A stretch of DNA of 64,000 bases from Spirochaetia bacterium (GCA_965208575.1 CBDBOV010000006.1:1504001-1568000), one strand, 5' to 3'. Positions 18,844 through 28,967 are shown, counted from the first letter of the stretch. Made by a program: numbers and translations. Notes: generated by a model from the sequence alone, not told the origin.

Positions 18844-19574
18844 ATCTTGACGACCTACGTCGCATTGGGTTTGACGTAAGGACACGGAATCATGCCCGCG
18901 CAGTGCTCACTGAGGATTTCCCTGCTCAGTTGGCGGAGTTGTGTCACGTTCTTGGTACTCTCCGGATCAATGCCGAGGAATTGGTGCGCGGGGGTGGTGG
19001 AGAAGCGCAGCTCACGCAACGTCTGCGGCGGAGTCTGGCTTCAAGGCACTGGGTAAAGCGCAACATCGTCATCCGCAAGATCGTCGACGACGAAGAACGC
19101 GAGGGGACGAGTCACGAAATAGACCACGTTCGTAAAGCGCAGAGCGGCTCGATAGCCTTGGAACTCGAATGGAACAACAAGGATCCATTTTTCGACCGTG
19201 ATCTAGAGAACTTTCAAAGGTTACATGCGGAAGGAGTGATCAGTGTAGGCGTGATAGTGACCCGCGGTGCGTCGTTGCAGAACAATATCCGGTCTATCAT
19301 TCGGGATTGGGCAATAGAATATAGCATAAGTGGGTTTTCTGACCTTGTTGCGTATGGTGTCAGGCCAACGCAACGGCAACGAGATATCGTGGAACGCTCC
19401 AACAAGGATTTTGTCACCGCTTGGTCTCACCAGTTCACAAGTGACAAGTTCGGCACTGCAACCACACACTGGGACAAACTACAGCAACGGATCGATCGAG
19501 GTGTTGGCAACCCGTGTCCTCTGTTGTTACTCGGAGTTCCTGACGAGGTCGTTTTCCTACAGACGTCTCGATAG
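18840..19574 (+). CDS. BglII/BstYI family type II restriction endonuclease
   Basis: GGGGE, HEIDH, IALELEWNNKDPFFDRDLENF, GVIVTRG. GTGA overlap with the methylase. Confidence 0.88.
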   Translation: MNLDDLRRIGFDVRTRNHARAVLTEDFPAQLAELCHVLGTLRINAEELVRGGGGEAQLTQRLRRSLASRHWVKRNIVIRKIVDDEEREGTSHEIDHVRKAQSGSIALELEWNNKDPFFDRDLENFQRLHAEGVISVGVIVTRGASLQNNIRSIIRDWAIEYSISGFSDLVAYGVRPTQRQRDIVERSNKDFVTAWSHQFTSDKFGTATTHWDKLQQRIDRGVGNPCPLLLLGVPDEVVFLQTSR

Positions 19575-19952
19575 AGCGTTGTGTGTGAATTACTCGCTTT
19601 GGTGCGCCAGCGAGAGCTCCGTGGAAAGGGTCGAAGCCATTCGACGCCCAGAATCGGGATGCGCATGCGTATAAGGTCTGGCGCCGACAGACGGAATCAC
19701 CCTCTCGGAGACAGAGAATCTTGGACTTGACGAGCACTCCGAACCTGCCAACCCCCGGCTGCAGGATACACGGTTGCGATCCTCGGTCGCTCCCATCGCA
19801 CCGTATCACGGTCGCGTAGCAAGGACGGGTTACCCGCGGCAATTCTGCACCCGATGAACGACTATCCGCCGAATCACCCGCGCTAAGGATGGCATGTCAG
19901 TGTAGCTGCCTCCTACTTCAATGCGCATTCAAGTGGAACGGACATGTGTAGG

Positions 19953-20906
19953 CTATTTCAAAGCCTTATGTGCTTCTACAAGAAACAGGATATTCGCGGC
20001 CGCTAAGTGAAGTGCGTAGCTCGCAACATGGGCGGGTGTGTCACGGGGTATCGAGCCTTGTCCATGTGCGCCCTCCGTGTTCCTCACTTCGGGTCGACCG
20101 GACTTGAGCGTGGCTACAAGCTGATCGAACGAATTGTCGAGATAGTCGGGAAGGAGACCGTGTTTTCTGACCAACTTTAGGAGGTCCGAGGCGCGGGCAC
20201 CATCAGGATATTCCCAGCGACGTTTTCGACAGATCGACTTCAGTGTGCTCTCGAATGCGTTGTTTGCATCTATGATGGCGTCCTTCATTTCACCGGCTCG
20301 GTAGTGAGCATGAGCGCGCATGAACTCATCGCGTGGTCCCTCAAATCCTTTGTGGCCAAGGAATCGTAGGGCAGGGCGCACAACTTCAGAGTGAAGTAGC
20401 TCAGAGTCGACCCGCACAATTTGGCCGCTCTCGAAACGGTAACCCACGCTAGCCCGCATGAACCGCAGATTCAGCTCTTCGATGGCCTCGTTGGCGGACA
20501 CCTTTATCCCTCGGGACTGTCTCTCGTGATCGTGCATCTGTCGCACGACATGGTCAATGTAACGGAAGCTCAGTTCAACGATATCAAGAGCGGCATCTGT
20601 GGAGGAGTTGCTGAGAAGATACTCCTCACAACTCTGGTTGAGATTGTATCTCGCACTCAGTGCGAACTTACCGTGCTCGCGGGCAACGATGTCGTGAATC
20701 ATCTTCCAACCTTCGTTGTTTTCGGTAGTTTCCGACAGATCGTAGCGACTATACTCATAGAACGGACCGATGGCGTCTCGCCATATGTGGATTATCTGAA
20801 CGCGCAATGATTCAGGAAGTTTGTCGTAAGAAAAGACGTCAGGAGTCCTACCACTGGCGTTGCGCTTACGATACGAGAACTGGTCAAATACAGGCATTTT
20901 CGTCAT
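19953..20906 (-). CDS. STM4504/CBY_0614-like abortive infection protein (Abi_C C-terminus)
   Basis: DVFSYDKLPESLRVQIIHIW, AIEELNLRF...GYRFE, RNTEGAHGQG (RxxxxxH, HEPN-like), YALHLAAANILFL. Confidence 0.8.
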   Translation of the reverse strand: MTKMPVFDQFSYRKRNASGRTPDVFSYDKLPESLRVQIIHIWRDAIGPFYEYSRYDLSETTENNEGWKMIHDIVAREHGKFALSARYNLNQSCEEYLLSNSSTDAALDIVELSFRYIDHVVRQMHDHERQSRGIKVSANEAIEELNLRFMRASVGYRFESGQIVRVDSELLHSEVVRPALRFLGHKGFEGPRDEFMRAHAHYRAGEMKDAIIDANNAFESTLKSICRKRRWEYPDGARASDLLKLVRKHGLLPDYLDNSFDQLVATLKSGRPEVRNTEGAHGQGSIPRDTPAHVASYALHLAAANILFLVEAHKALK

Positions 20907-21260
20907 TCCTCTGAGGAGAAGGTGTCCGCTGTCGATTGGAATTGCGACGTAATCTGGGTGGTTGTAGCTTGATATTGTACACCACTCACCCCGTATGGAA
21001 GTACCACAGCCGCGATATTCCTGCGATGGACCGAAGGCGTCTATCGTCGGAGATCGGCGCTCGCACGTTGCGAGGTACTGAATGGAGCAGACTCGTGGAA
21101 GGAAGTGAGCGGTTGGCGCGGCCGCCGATCTGTGTCAGACTGACGTAACGGGCATAATCGGGCAGAGAGCGCCGGTTGCCGCGTGGCGATCGGTTCTGGG
21201 TCCGCGGTGCTGTTCCACGAGTTGCGAACACGTTTAGGCTTAGAAAAAGGAGACCGACAG

Positions 21261-21764
21261 GTGGGAGACGTGCCGACGTATGAGCTGGAGCGGGCGTTCG
21301 ATGCGCCGCGTGGGCTGGTGTGGCGGGCCTGGACCGAACCGGACTTGGTGGCGCGGTGGTACGGGCCGAACGTGGAGACAATCAACCATCGGCACGAACC
21401 GAGGCCGGGCGGGGTGTGGCTGTGCGAGATGCGCTGGGGCGGCAACTCGCACTACCAGAAGGCCGAGTTCACCGAGGTGAGCGCACCGGAGCGGCTGGTC
21501 TGGCTGCACTCCAATACGGACGCGGAGTGGAACGTGGCGCCCTCCCCGGTGATGCCGACTTGGCCGCTGGTGCTGCTGACCACGGTTACGTTCGCGGAGG
21601 AGGGCGGTCAGACGCGGATGCGCCTGACTTGGGTGCCGCACGAGGCGAGCGAGGCGGAAGTGGCGGCGTTCGGGGCTGCCATCGGCGGCCTGGACGAGGG
21701 CTGGGGCGCCGGGATGGAGCTCCTCGAGCAGTTGCTGGCCGAGCTGCAGGCGCCGGGCGCGTAG
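21261..21764 (+). CDS. SRPBCC/AHSA1 domain protein
   Basis: ERAFDAPRGLVWRAWTEPDLVARWYGP, PERLVW, GWGAGMELL. RBS AGGAG. Confidence 0.88.
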   Translation: MGDVPTYELERAFDAPRGLVWRAWTEPDLVARWYGPNVETINHRHEPRPGGVWLCEMRWGGNSHYQKAEFTEVSAPERLVWLHSNTDAEWNVAPSPVMPTWPLVLLTTVTFAEEGGQTRMRLTWVPHEASEAEVAAFGAAIGGLDEGWGAGMELLEQLLAELQAPGA

Positions 21765-21776
21765 CGGCCGGTTCCG

Positions 21777-22919
21777 ATGGCGGACGCGCAGACCGGAGTC
21801 GCGATCGACGGGGAAACGTGGCTGATCAACGGTGAGCCTACGTATCGCGGGCGGGAGTATCGCGGCTGGCCGATCGAGGGGCGGCTGCTGAATAGCCGGA
21901 TGGCGAACGCGATCTTCGACGATGCCAATCCGGCAACCCGCTTCCTGTGGTGTTACCCGGATACCGGCCGCTGGGACGCGGACCGTAACACCGGCGAGTT
22001 CGTGCGCTGCCTGCCGCTCTACCGCAAACACGGCCTGACGGCGGTCACCGTCAACCTGCAGGGAGGCGCGCCGTTCGGTTACTACCGCGAGGATCGGTTC
22101 CGGGAGCTGCTCACCGAGCGGCAGGTAGACTACACCGATGCCGAGTTGTGGCGCGGGCTGCCCGGCTCCGCCTCCCAGCCGTGGCACAACTCGCCGTTCG
22201 CGGCCGACGGCGCACTATCGCGCGAGCCCGGCGGCCATCTCGCGCGACTGAGCCGGATCCTGCGGCGCACCGACGAGCTGGGCATGGTGGTGGTCCTCGG
22301 GATCTTCTACTTCGGCCAGGACGAGCGGCTGCGCGACGAGGCGGCGGTGTGCCGGGCGGTGGAGGAGACTTGCGGATGGGTGCTGCAGGAGGGCTGGCGC
22401 AACGTGGTGATCGAGATCAACAACGAGTGCGACGTGCCGCGCTACGAGCACGAGATCCTGCAGCCGCACCGCGTGCACGAACTGATCGCCCTGGCCCGGC
22501 GCGTCACCCACGGAGGTCACCGCCTGTTGTTCGGCACCAGCTACGGCGGCGGCAGCGTACCGGGCGACGCGGTATGCGCCGCCTCCGACTTCATCCTGCT
22601 GCACGGCAACGGCGTCGGCGAGCCACGCGGCATCGCCGACATGGTGGACCGCACCCGAGCCCTGCCTGCCTACGCCGGCAAGCCGATCGCGTTCAGCGAG
22701 GACGACCACTATGCGTTTGATCGGCCGGACAACAACTTCGCGGCGGCGCTGTCGCGGCGTGCGGGGTGGGGGTACTTCGATCCGGGTACCGGCGCCGGCG
22801 GCGGACTGTCGCCCGGCAACTACGCCGACGGCTACCAGAACGTGCCGGTAAATTGGTCAATCAACACGCCACGCAAGCGCGCTTTCTTCACCCTGCTGCG
22901 CCAGGTGACAGACGCTTGA
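21777..22919 (+). CDS. Putative TIM-barrel glycoside hydrolase (clan A-like)
   Basis: WLINGEPTY, VIEINNE (N-E acid/base motif), PIAFSED (candidate nucleophile), GWGYFD. Confidence 0.6.
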   Translation: MADAQTGVAIDGETWLINGEPTYRGREYRGWPIEGRLLNSRMANAIFDDANPATRFLWCYPDTGRWDADRNTGEFVRCLPLYRKHGLTAVTVNLQGGAPFGYYREDRFRELLTERQVDYTDAELWRGLPGSASQPWHNSPFAADGALSREPGGHLARLSRILRRTDELGMVVVLGIFYFGQDERLRDEAAVCRAVEETCGWVLQEGWRNVVIEINNECDVPRYEHEILQPHRVHELIALARRVTHGGHRLLFGTSYGGGSVPGDAVCAASDFILLHGNGVGEPRGIADMVDRTRALPAYAGKPIAFSEDDHYAFDRPDNNFAAALSRRAGWGYFDPGTGAGGGLSPGNYADGYQNVPVNWSINTPRKRAFFTLLRQVTDA

Positions 22920-23140
22920 CGATGCATGCTGTTGAGTGTCCGGATGGGCTCAGGTCCTTGCGTCCGTCCCACACGCAACAGACCATGCCACAGTACCCTA
23001 ACGGAGCGGCGCCACATGTCCGGTCGTCCTAACAAGTCCTACACAGACACAACTTGCCCAACCATGCTAACCTGTAATCACAATATGTGTAACCCCGCTC
23101 CGCAATCCTCCTTATCGCCCATGAAGAAGGTTAACTCACG

Positions 23141-23898
23141 ATGAAGTATCCTTTGGAGAACCTCGGACCTCACCGGTTTCAACAGCTTTGCCAAGCGCTA
23201 CTCACAAGGTCTTATCCGGATTTGCAGTGTTTTCCAGTATCCCAACCAGATGGTGGACGCGACGCCTTCATAACACCCGATACCGATTCCGACAAGCAGA
23301 CGATCATTTTCCAAGTGAAGTACACCGACCAAGCACTTGGGAAGCGGCGCCCTCACACGCGGATCATCAACGAACTCCGCCGGGAGCTACCTCGCCTTGC
23401 ACCCAACATCCTCGGCCCAACAAAGTACATTTTGATGACGAATGTTCCGGGAACCGGAGCCCGCGGAGGGGGATCAATTGACGTTGTCGAAGAGCTGCTG
23501 AGTGAGGCGTTGGGAACCCCGTCCCAGTGCTGGTGGCGGGATGACATAGAGCGACGGCTCGACGACGCTTGGGATGTCAAGTGGTCTTTCCCAGAGGTGT
23601 TCAGTAACCAGGACATATTGCGCTTGACGTTATACAGGCTGCCAAGGGATCGGAGGTTAATGCTCTGTTGTCCGAGAGCGATCAGGAGTATGGTAGGCGT
23701 TTGGCCCATCTTTCGTTTGGAGGGATGTGGAACTTCGTAGCTGCGCACGAGGCCCGAGTCGTTGCTGTGGTCGATGAATTGTTGGATCGCGACAATCCGT
23801 TCATAGTCTATCGGAAGCGAAGTACTATTCAGGAGTTTGCCGCAGCCCTATCGGCTCGTAGATATTGGTTAGCGTTCAGCGAATCGTCGCGGCGGCCG
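23141..23898 (+). pseudogene. 5' part of a disrupted large defence gene (N-terminal restriction-endonuclease-like domain of NACHT/STAND proteins)
   Basis: MKYPLENLGPHRFQQLCQALL...QPDGGRDA...IFQVK. The frame shifts near 23625 into DVIQAAKGSEV...SRRP, which stops at the IS left end. No Walker A remains. Confidence 0.6.
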
Positions 23899-23995
23899 TG
23901 TCGGCTCTCAGATTGATCTGAGCGGAATGGGGGCGGACGTCTCACGATCGACTGGAGTGGAGGACGGGAGAGTCGAGGTAAACTGACCAGAAAAA

Positions 23996-24038
23996 CAGGG
24001 TAGCTGCCCCAGGTGATGAGAACCGGACAGCTACCCTG
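23996..24038. promoter_or_regulatory. 11-bp perfect inverted repeat inside the IS left end
   Basis: CAGGGTAGCTG (23996-24006) and CAGCTACCCTG (24028-24038), just upstream of the first IS ORF. Confidence 0.6.
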
Positions 24039-24054
24039 AACTAAGGACAGCCGA

Positions 24055-24666
24055 TTGGTACTCCATCTGGCGGTTGATTTCAAGAGACTTCAGGAACAGG
24101 GCAAGGAGTATCGGTGGCCGCGGCCGGAGCGCTGCCTGGAGTGCGGTCGGAGGCGGCCGTGGGGCCATGGCTATGTCGGACGGTGCTTCGATGGCTGCGG
24201 CGAGCCGCTGTGGATGAAGCGCTACCGGTGTCCGGACTGCGGGACCGTGTACACGCTGCGACCGGACAGCCACTACCGCGGGTTCTGGGCGCCGTGGCGA
24301 GTGATTCTGGTAGCCCTGCTGGGCAAGCTGAAGGGTGGTCGCTGGATCGCGCGGGTGAGCCGACAGCGGCAGCAGTACTGGCGCCAGGGGTTGCGCCGGC
24401 AGTTGTTGCTGGAGGGGGTGACCGCGGTGAGCCGGCCGGGCCAGGTTGCGGCCAGTGCGCTGAAGGCGCTGGTGGTGCGGTTGATCATCGTCAGTACGCA
24501 TTCGGTGAGCTACCGCCAGATACGGCGAGTGGATGCCGCCCCCGAGTTGGTGCTGGCGGTGCCGGTGGTGGGCTTTGCGGGACACCTTGATGGCGTCGGG
24601 AGCACAGCAGACAGCGCCCTGAAGGAGCCAGGGAATGAGCCGACACCCAGTCACGGGGCACGATGA
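24055..24666 (+). CDS. IS accessory Zn-finger protein (DUF6431-like)
   Basis: WPRPERCLECG...WGHGYVGR...RYRCPDCG. Confidence 0.7.
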   Translation: MVLHLAVDFKRLQEQGKEYRWPRPERCLECGRRRPWGHGYVGRCFDGCGEPLWMKRYRCPDCGTVYTLRPDSHYRGFWAPWRVILVALLGKLKGGRWIARVSRQRQQYWRQGLRRQLLLEGVTAVSRPGQVAASALKALVVRLIIVSTHSVSYRQIRRVDAAPELVLAVPVVGFAGHLDGVGSTADSALKEPGNEPTPSHGAR

Positions 24667-24947
24667 GCACGGTGCTGGTCGCGGGGTGCCGGCTCAGACC
24701 GGGCAAGTGGCTGGTGAGCAGTGCAGGAGGACGCCGCCGCGGTGCTGGCGAGCGCCTTTGGCGCTTGGGTGGCTGTCCGGGCGACGCTGCGGGCAGGGCG
24801 CTGGTGGCGCGGCTGATCATGATCGGAGCGGAGAAAATAACGCGAACTGGCGCCTGGGTGACCCCAAGCCTACCGGATCTTTGCGGTGATCGGCGAACCA
24901 ATGGGGAGCAAATTGATGCCACCAACACCCCAGGAGGTTCCTCGATC

Positions 24948-26264
24948 ATGGAGGAAGAGAAGAAAAAGCGGATCGCGTTGTTCCGGTTCGGTGTGATCGC
25001 CGGCCTGATCGGGTATGCGAAGCTCGACCAGGGCAAGCGCGAGGCGCGCATCAAGGACCTGGCGGAGCAGGAATGGAAGATCCCATTCTCGCTGCGCAGT
25101 TCGATCAGCCGGTCGACGATCCGCGACTGGCTGCGGCGTTACGAGCACAGCGGCAAGAAACTGGAGAGCCTGTTCCCGAAGGACCGCGCGGACGCCGGCG
25201 TGGGGCGCAGCATCGATCCCGAGACCGAGTTGGCACTGGTCAATCTCCGGCGTGAACTGGCACAGGCGTCGTTGTCAGTGGTGCTGCAGGTGGCGCGCCG
25301 CCGCAATCTCCTGCCGCCCGACTTCGCAGCCTCACGGCAAAGCATCTACCGATTGTTCCGGCGCCATGGTCTGCACCGGCAGCGGCCCGCGACGCAGGAC
25401 CGGCGGCGCTTCGAAGCGGAACTGCCGAACGACTTGTGGCAAGCGGATTGCATGCACGGCCCGCGCGTGAAAAGCGACGGCAAGCTGCGCAAGACGTTTC
25501 TGTTCGCCTGCATCGATGATCACTCGCGGCTCATCACCGGCGCCCGCTTCTATCTGCGTGAAAACATCGACTGTTTCCAGGACTGCCTGCTGCGGGCGCT
25601 CGAAACGCGCGGTCTGCCACGCAAACTGTATGTCGATAACGGCCCCAGCTTTCGCTCCCAACGACTCAGTTACGCCTGTGCATCGCTGGGCATAGCGCTC
25701 CTCTTCGCGACCCCATACACGCCCCAGGGAAAGGGTAAAATCGAGCGCTATTTCCGCACCATACGCACCCAGATGCTGCCTCTGGTCAGCGATCACGATA
25801 CCCTCGAGCAGCTCAACGCCCAGCTTGCCGAGTGGCTCGACCACAGCTACCATCAGCGGCTTCACTCCAGCACCGGGGAGCAGCCCCTGCAGCGCTATCT
25901 GCGCCACCTGGAACTGCTGCGGCCTGCGCCCCAGAATGTGCGTGACCACTTCCGCACCATGGTGCGCCGCAAGGTCGACAAGGATCGTGCCGTCGCCCTC
26001 TACGGCAAGCTCTACGAAGCGCCGGTGGGGCTCATCGGGAACACCGTCAACCTGCTCTATCATGAGGCTGATCCGTCCCGCATCGAGGTGTTCTTCGAAG
26101 ATCGCTCTTACGGCTTCCTCAGTGAGTTGAACCCCCACGTCAACAGCCGCGTGCGCCGCATCAGCGGCCATGAGACCGAGCTCGAGCCGGCGCCGGAGCC
26201 GCCCGCTGATGACCCCCAGCCCGGCCCCCGCGGCGGCCAGCTGTTCGAGGAGTCCGACCGATGA
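24948..26264 (+). CDS. DDE transposase (rve/IS481-like with Mu-transposase C-terminal domain)
   Basis: RBS AGGAGG; IALFRFGVI; HTH; WQAD, IDDHSR, YVDNG, GKGKIERYF. Confidence 0.92.
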   Translation: MEEEKKKRIALFRFGVIAGLIGYAKLDQGKREARIKDLAEQEWKIPFSLRSSISRSTIRDWLRRYEHSGKKLESLFPKDRADAGVGRSIDPETELALVNLRRELAQASLSVVLQVARRRNLLPPDFAASRQSIYRLFRRHGLHRQRPATQDRRRFEAELPNDLWQADCMHGPRVKSDGKLRKTFLFACIDDHSRLITGARFYLRENIDCFQDCLLRALETRGLPRKLYVDNGPSFRSQRLSYACASLGIALLFATPYTPQGKGKIERYFRTIRTQMLPLVSDHDTLEQLNAQLAEWLDHSYHQRLHSSTGEQPLQRYLRHLELLRPAPQNVRDHFRTMVRRKVDKDRAVALYGKLYEAPVGLIGNTVNLLYHEADPSRIEVFFEDRSYGFLSELNPHVNSRVRRISGHETELEPAPEPPADDPQPGPRGGQLFEESDR

Positions 26265-27091
26265 TCGACCTCAGACATGCCTTCGGTTTCCAACGCGATC
26301 CGTTCCCCCAGGACGTCCCGATCAACGGTCTGTACCCGATCCCGGGCCTGAAAGCGCTCACCGAGCGCTTTCAGTATGCCCTCGGGCTCGGCCTCATCAC
26401 CGTCATCACCGGCGAGGTGGGAGCGGGAAAATCCACTTCCCTGCGCCATGTCACGAGCACCCTGCACCCCGCCGAATACCGTCTCCTGGCGGTCATCGCC
26501 ACCACCGGCACGCTGCTCGACCTGCTGCGCCAGATCTGCCTGGAGATGGGCACCCCCCCGCGCTCCTCACTGGCCGTCCTCAGCCGCACCGTGCGCGACC
26601 TGCTGACCGACATCAGGCGCAAGAAGCAGACCCCGTTGCTGGTCGTCGACGAGGCACATCTGCTCCGCTTCGAGGTGTTCGCACAGCTCCACACTCTCAC
26701 TCAGTTCGCCTTCGATTCGCAGACCTTGATGCCGATGGTGCTGGCCGGCCAGAGCAGCCTGCTTGACCGCCTGTTGTTCCATACCTCGCGCCCGCTCGCC
26801 TCACGGGTCGTGGGCCGCAGCCACCTCGATGCTCTCTCCCTTGATGACATGCGCGGCTACCTCGACCACCATCTGCAGCTCGCCGCCGGGCGGGACACCC
26901 AGTCCGCCACAGCGCGGCGCAGCGCCGACCTGCTCAGCGACGAAGCCGCCGTCGCCATCCATCAGGGCTCCGGCGGGCTCCTGCGGCGCGCCAATCATCT
27001 CGCCCGCGGCGCCCTCATGGCGGCCGCTCGCGAGCATTGCTCGGTGGTCGCCGCCGAGCATGTCCGGCTCGCTGCCACCGAGATTCTGTAG
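26261..27091 (+). CDS. ExeA-family AAA ATPase (transposition helper)
   Basis: FGFQRDPF, Walker A GEVGAGKS, Walker B VVDEAH, LAGQ, SGGLLRRAN. ATGA overlap with the transposase. Confidence 0.9.
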   Translation: MIDLRHAFGFQRDPFPQDVPINGLYPIPGLKALTERFQYALGLGLITVITGEVGAGKSTSLRHVTSTLHPAEYRLLAVIATTGTLLDLLRQICLEMGTPPRSSLAVLSRTVRDLLTDIRRKKQTPLLVVDEAHLLRFEVFAQLHTLTQFAFDSQTLMPMVLAGQSSLLDRLLFHTSRPLASRVVGRSHLDALSLDDMRGYLDHHLQLAAGRDTQSATARRSADLLSDEAAVAIHQGSGGLLRRANHLARGALMAAAREHCSVVAAEHVRLAATEIL

Positions 27092-27100
27092 GTCGGTTCC

Positions 27101-27415
27101 GTGATCAACGTCGCTATCAGAAAAATCGCCGGCAGCGACCGCGAATACTTCGCCTACGCCAGGACGTTCGCCGGTCGCGCCACCTACTTCGTGTATTTCC
27201 GTGATGACATCTGGGGCGCCATGGTGCTGCACAACTTCACCGACATGCTGCGCGCCGTGTTCCAGAACTCACCCGTCAAGCTGACTCTCGTCGAACAGGA
27301 ACTCTCTCTCAAACATCCTGCCGTTCTCGGCTTCCTGAGACAATCTCCTGAGGACCCCTCAGCACCACCGACAGGAGATCTCGCCCGCGGCCACCGGCAA
27401 CCCGGTGCAGAATAA
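27101..27415 (+). CDS. Small hypothetical protein carried inside the IS
   Basis: Follows the ExeA gene by 9 nt with similar codon style, and lies inside the right IR. Confidence 0.5.
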   Translation: MINVAIRKIAGSDREYFAYARTFAGRATYFVYFRDDIWGAMVLHNFTDMLRAVFQNSPVKLTLVEQELSLKHPAVLGFLRQSPEDPSAPPTGDLARGHRQPGAE

Positions 27416-27469
27416 TATGGTGTCCAGATTACCGTGCGAAAAAACAGCAGAATTACGTGAGACCCAACA

Positions 27470-28499
27470 GTTGGCCACTATATGGGACCGGTATCAGGTG
27501 ACTGGTGATTCTGGCGAGGGAGTAGACGAGATTGAGTCTGGTAGTAGCGACGTCCTTTCAAGATGTCACACGCTAGTTGGGATTAGCAGGGATCTCGCGG
27601 GCAGTTGGTCGACAGATGTGTGGGCATCAGACCTGGGACCGTGGACAACTCTTATCGAGCGCGGTCGGGATTTGTTTGGCGACCGGTGGGCGTTTTATGT
27701 ACTCGCCAGTTTGGCGGCTGGAGTGTCATCAAGATCGGAGCAGGGCGGAAGTTCGGGAGACTTATTCGATTCGGATGTACCGATCGTGCAACGTGCTCGA
27801 TACGCGCGAATGCGCGCGGGGCAGTGGCGATGGTGGAAGCGTCAGCTGAGGAGCATTGCTAGCAAAGAGCAAGTCGCGTTTCTTTTGCTCATGCTGTTTC
27901 GTTGGGCGGGTCGGTCCGTGGTTGTGAGATTGAAAGAAGAAATTGAGCATGAGCTCTATGGAATGGACGAGGAGTGGTGGTCGAAGCTTGTTGGCTCTCT
28001 TCATGGCTTGGGTACGTTAAGCGGTCGGAGGCGCCTGGTTTGCGTGAGTGGTCGAGAGTTGGGAGAGGATCTCTCGGAGAGACTCGCCGCGGCGATCTGG
28101 TGGCGGACTGGCGAGAAGGGGAAGAAGTTGATGTTCCGCAACCTCTTGAACTCCTACACGGGTCCGGATGAAGCCGTAGCGGAGTTCTGCCAAGAAGTGG
28201 CTTTGGACGCTTCCGTGAGAGGTCGGTGGGGTACATGGCAGGAGTTGTTACCAGGAATCGCCAACAGGTATCGCATGGGTGTCAGGTCGAGCGGTATGTG
28301 GTTTCATCCGTTGCGGTTCTTGCGGCGCCGGGATGGTATGGAGTTGGAGGTGGCGGAGGGAATCGTGGCGGAGAGTGACCACTATCCGATGGTACTGTTG
28401 TCCTGGGCGGAGAGGGTGTGTCGCGAGGCAGGGCCGCTTAGCGATGTCATCCCGGTAGGAAGGGTAGCCGAGCGTGGGGGGTGGTTTCGACGGCGGTGA
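27470..28499 (+). pseudogene. 3' fragment of the disrupted large defence gene
   Basis: About 340-codon open frame starting right at the IS right end with no start of its own. Helical, Trp-rich, lower GC, like the 23.1-23.9 kb fragment. Confidence 0.55.
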
Positions 28500-28730
28500 G
28501 TAGGTGCGACTCGCACGTTTGTAGCGGGCGTGCGCTGGAAGTTGAGATTATCACTGCACACAATTGCCGCATCAAGTCGGGCGGGGTGTTGCCGGAGAAC
28601 GCTCGCGTATCAAGCATCAAGTGCGAACTGGTGCTACCGATGAAATTGTGGTGTGAGTATCGTAGCAAGACGGCATGGCGGACTACAACGACTGAGCTTC
28701 ACGACCTATTTTGCTTGAAGAGGTCGTCAG

Positions 28731-28885
28731 TGAACTGCTCGCAGGCGGCAGGCTGTCTATCTACCGAATACCGAGTTGTGGTGCGGGCTACCCCGGCCCG
28801 GCCTCGCAGCCGTGGCACAAATCGCCGTTCACGGCCGACGGTGCGCTGCCTGATCCTGCGGCGCGCCAACGAACTGCGCATGGAT
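28731..28885 (+). pseudogene. Degenerate partial copy of the glycoside-hydrolase-like gene
   Basis: PGPASQPWHKSPFTADGAL here versus PGSASQPWHNSPFAADGAL at about 22160-22216. ccgagttgtgg and gatcctgcggcgc are shared at DNA level. Confidence 0.75.
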
Positions 28886-28967
28886 CGTCGCCCTGGTGGC
28901 ACACGCGGTCTACGCAGGCTAGCCTGATCACGTTCACTGGTGCGCCCGCGAGCACGGTCCCGGTCGG

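Larger units (their letters stand above)
23899..27469 (+). mobile_element. About 3.57-kb DDE transposon (IS481/Mu-type transposase, ExeA-like ATPase, DUF6431-like ORF)
   Basis: Imperfect terminal IRs: TGTCGGCTCTCA (23899) versus reverse complement TGTTGGGTCTCA (ending 27469), 10/12 identical, TGT...ACA ends. No target-site duplication seen. Confidence 0.75.

Noticed and set aside
19740-23040. attC-like starts (GCCAACCCCCGGCTGCAG near 19747; CCTAACAAGT near 23028)
   Set aside because: No matching GTTRRRY partner box with proper hairpin geometry, and no integron integrase in the window.
24663-24947. N-terminal extension of the transposase ORF
   Set aside because: An AGGAGG RBS and a family-typical N-terminus point to the ATG at 24948.
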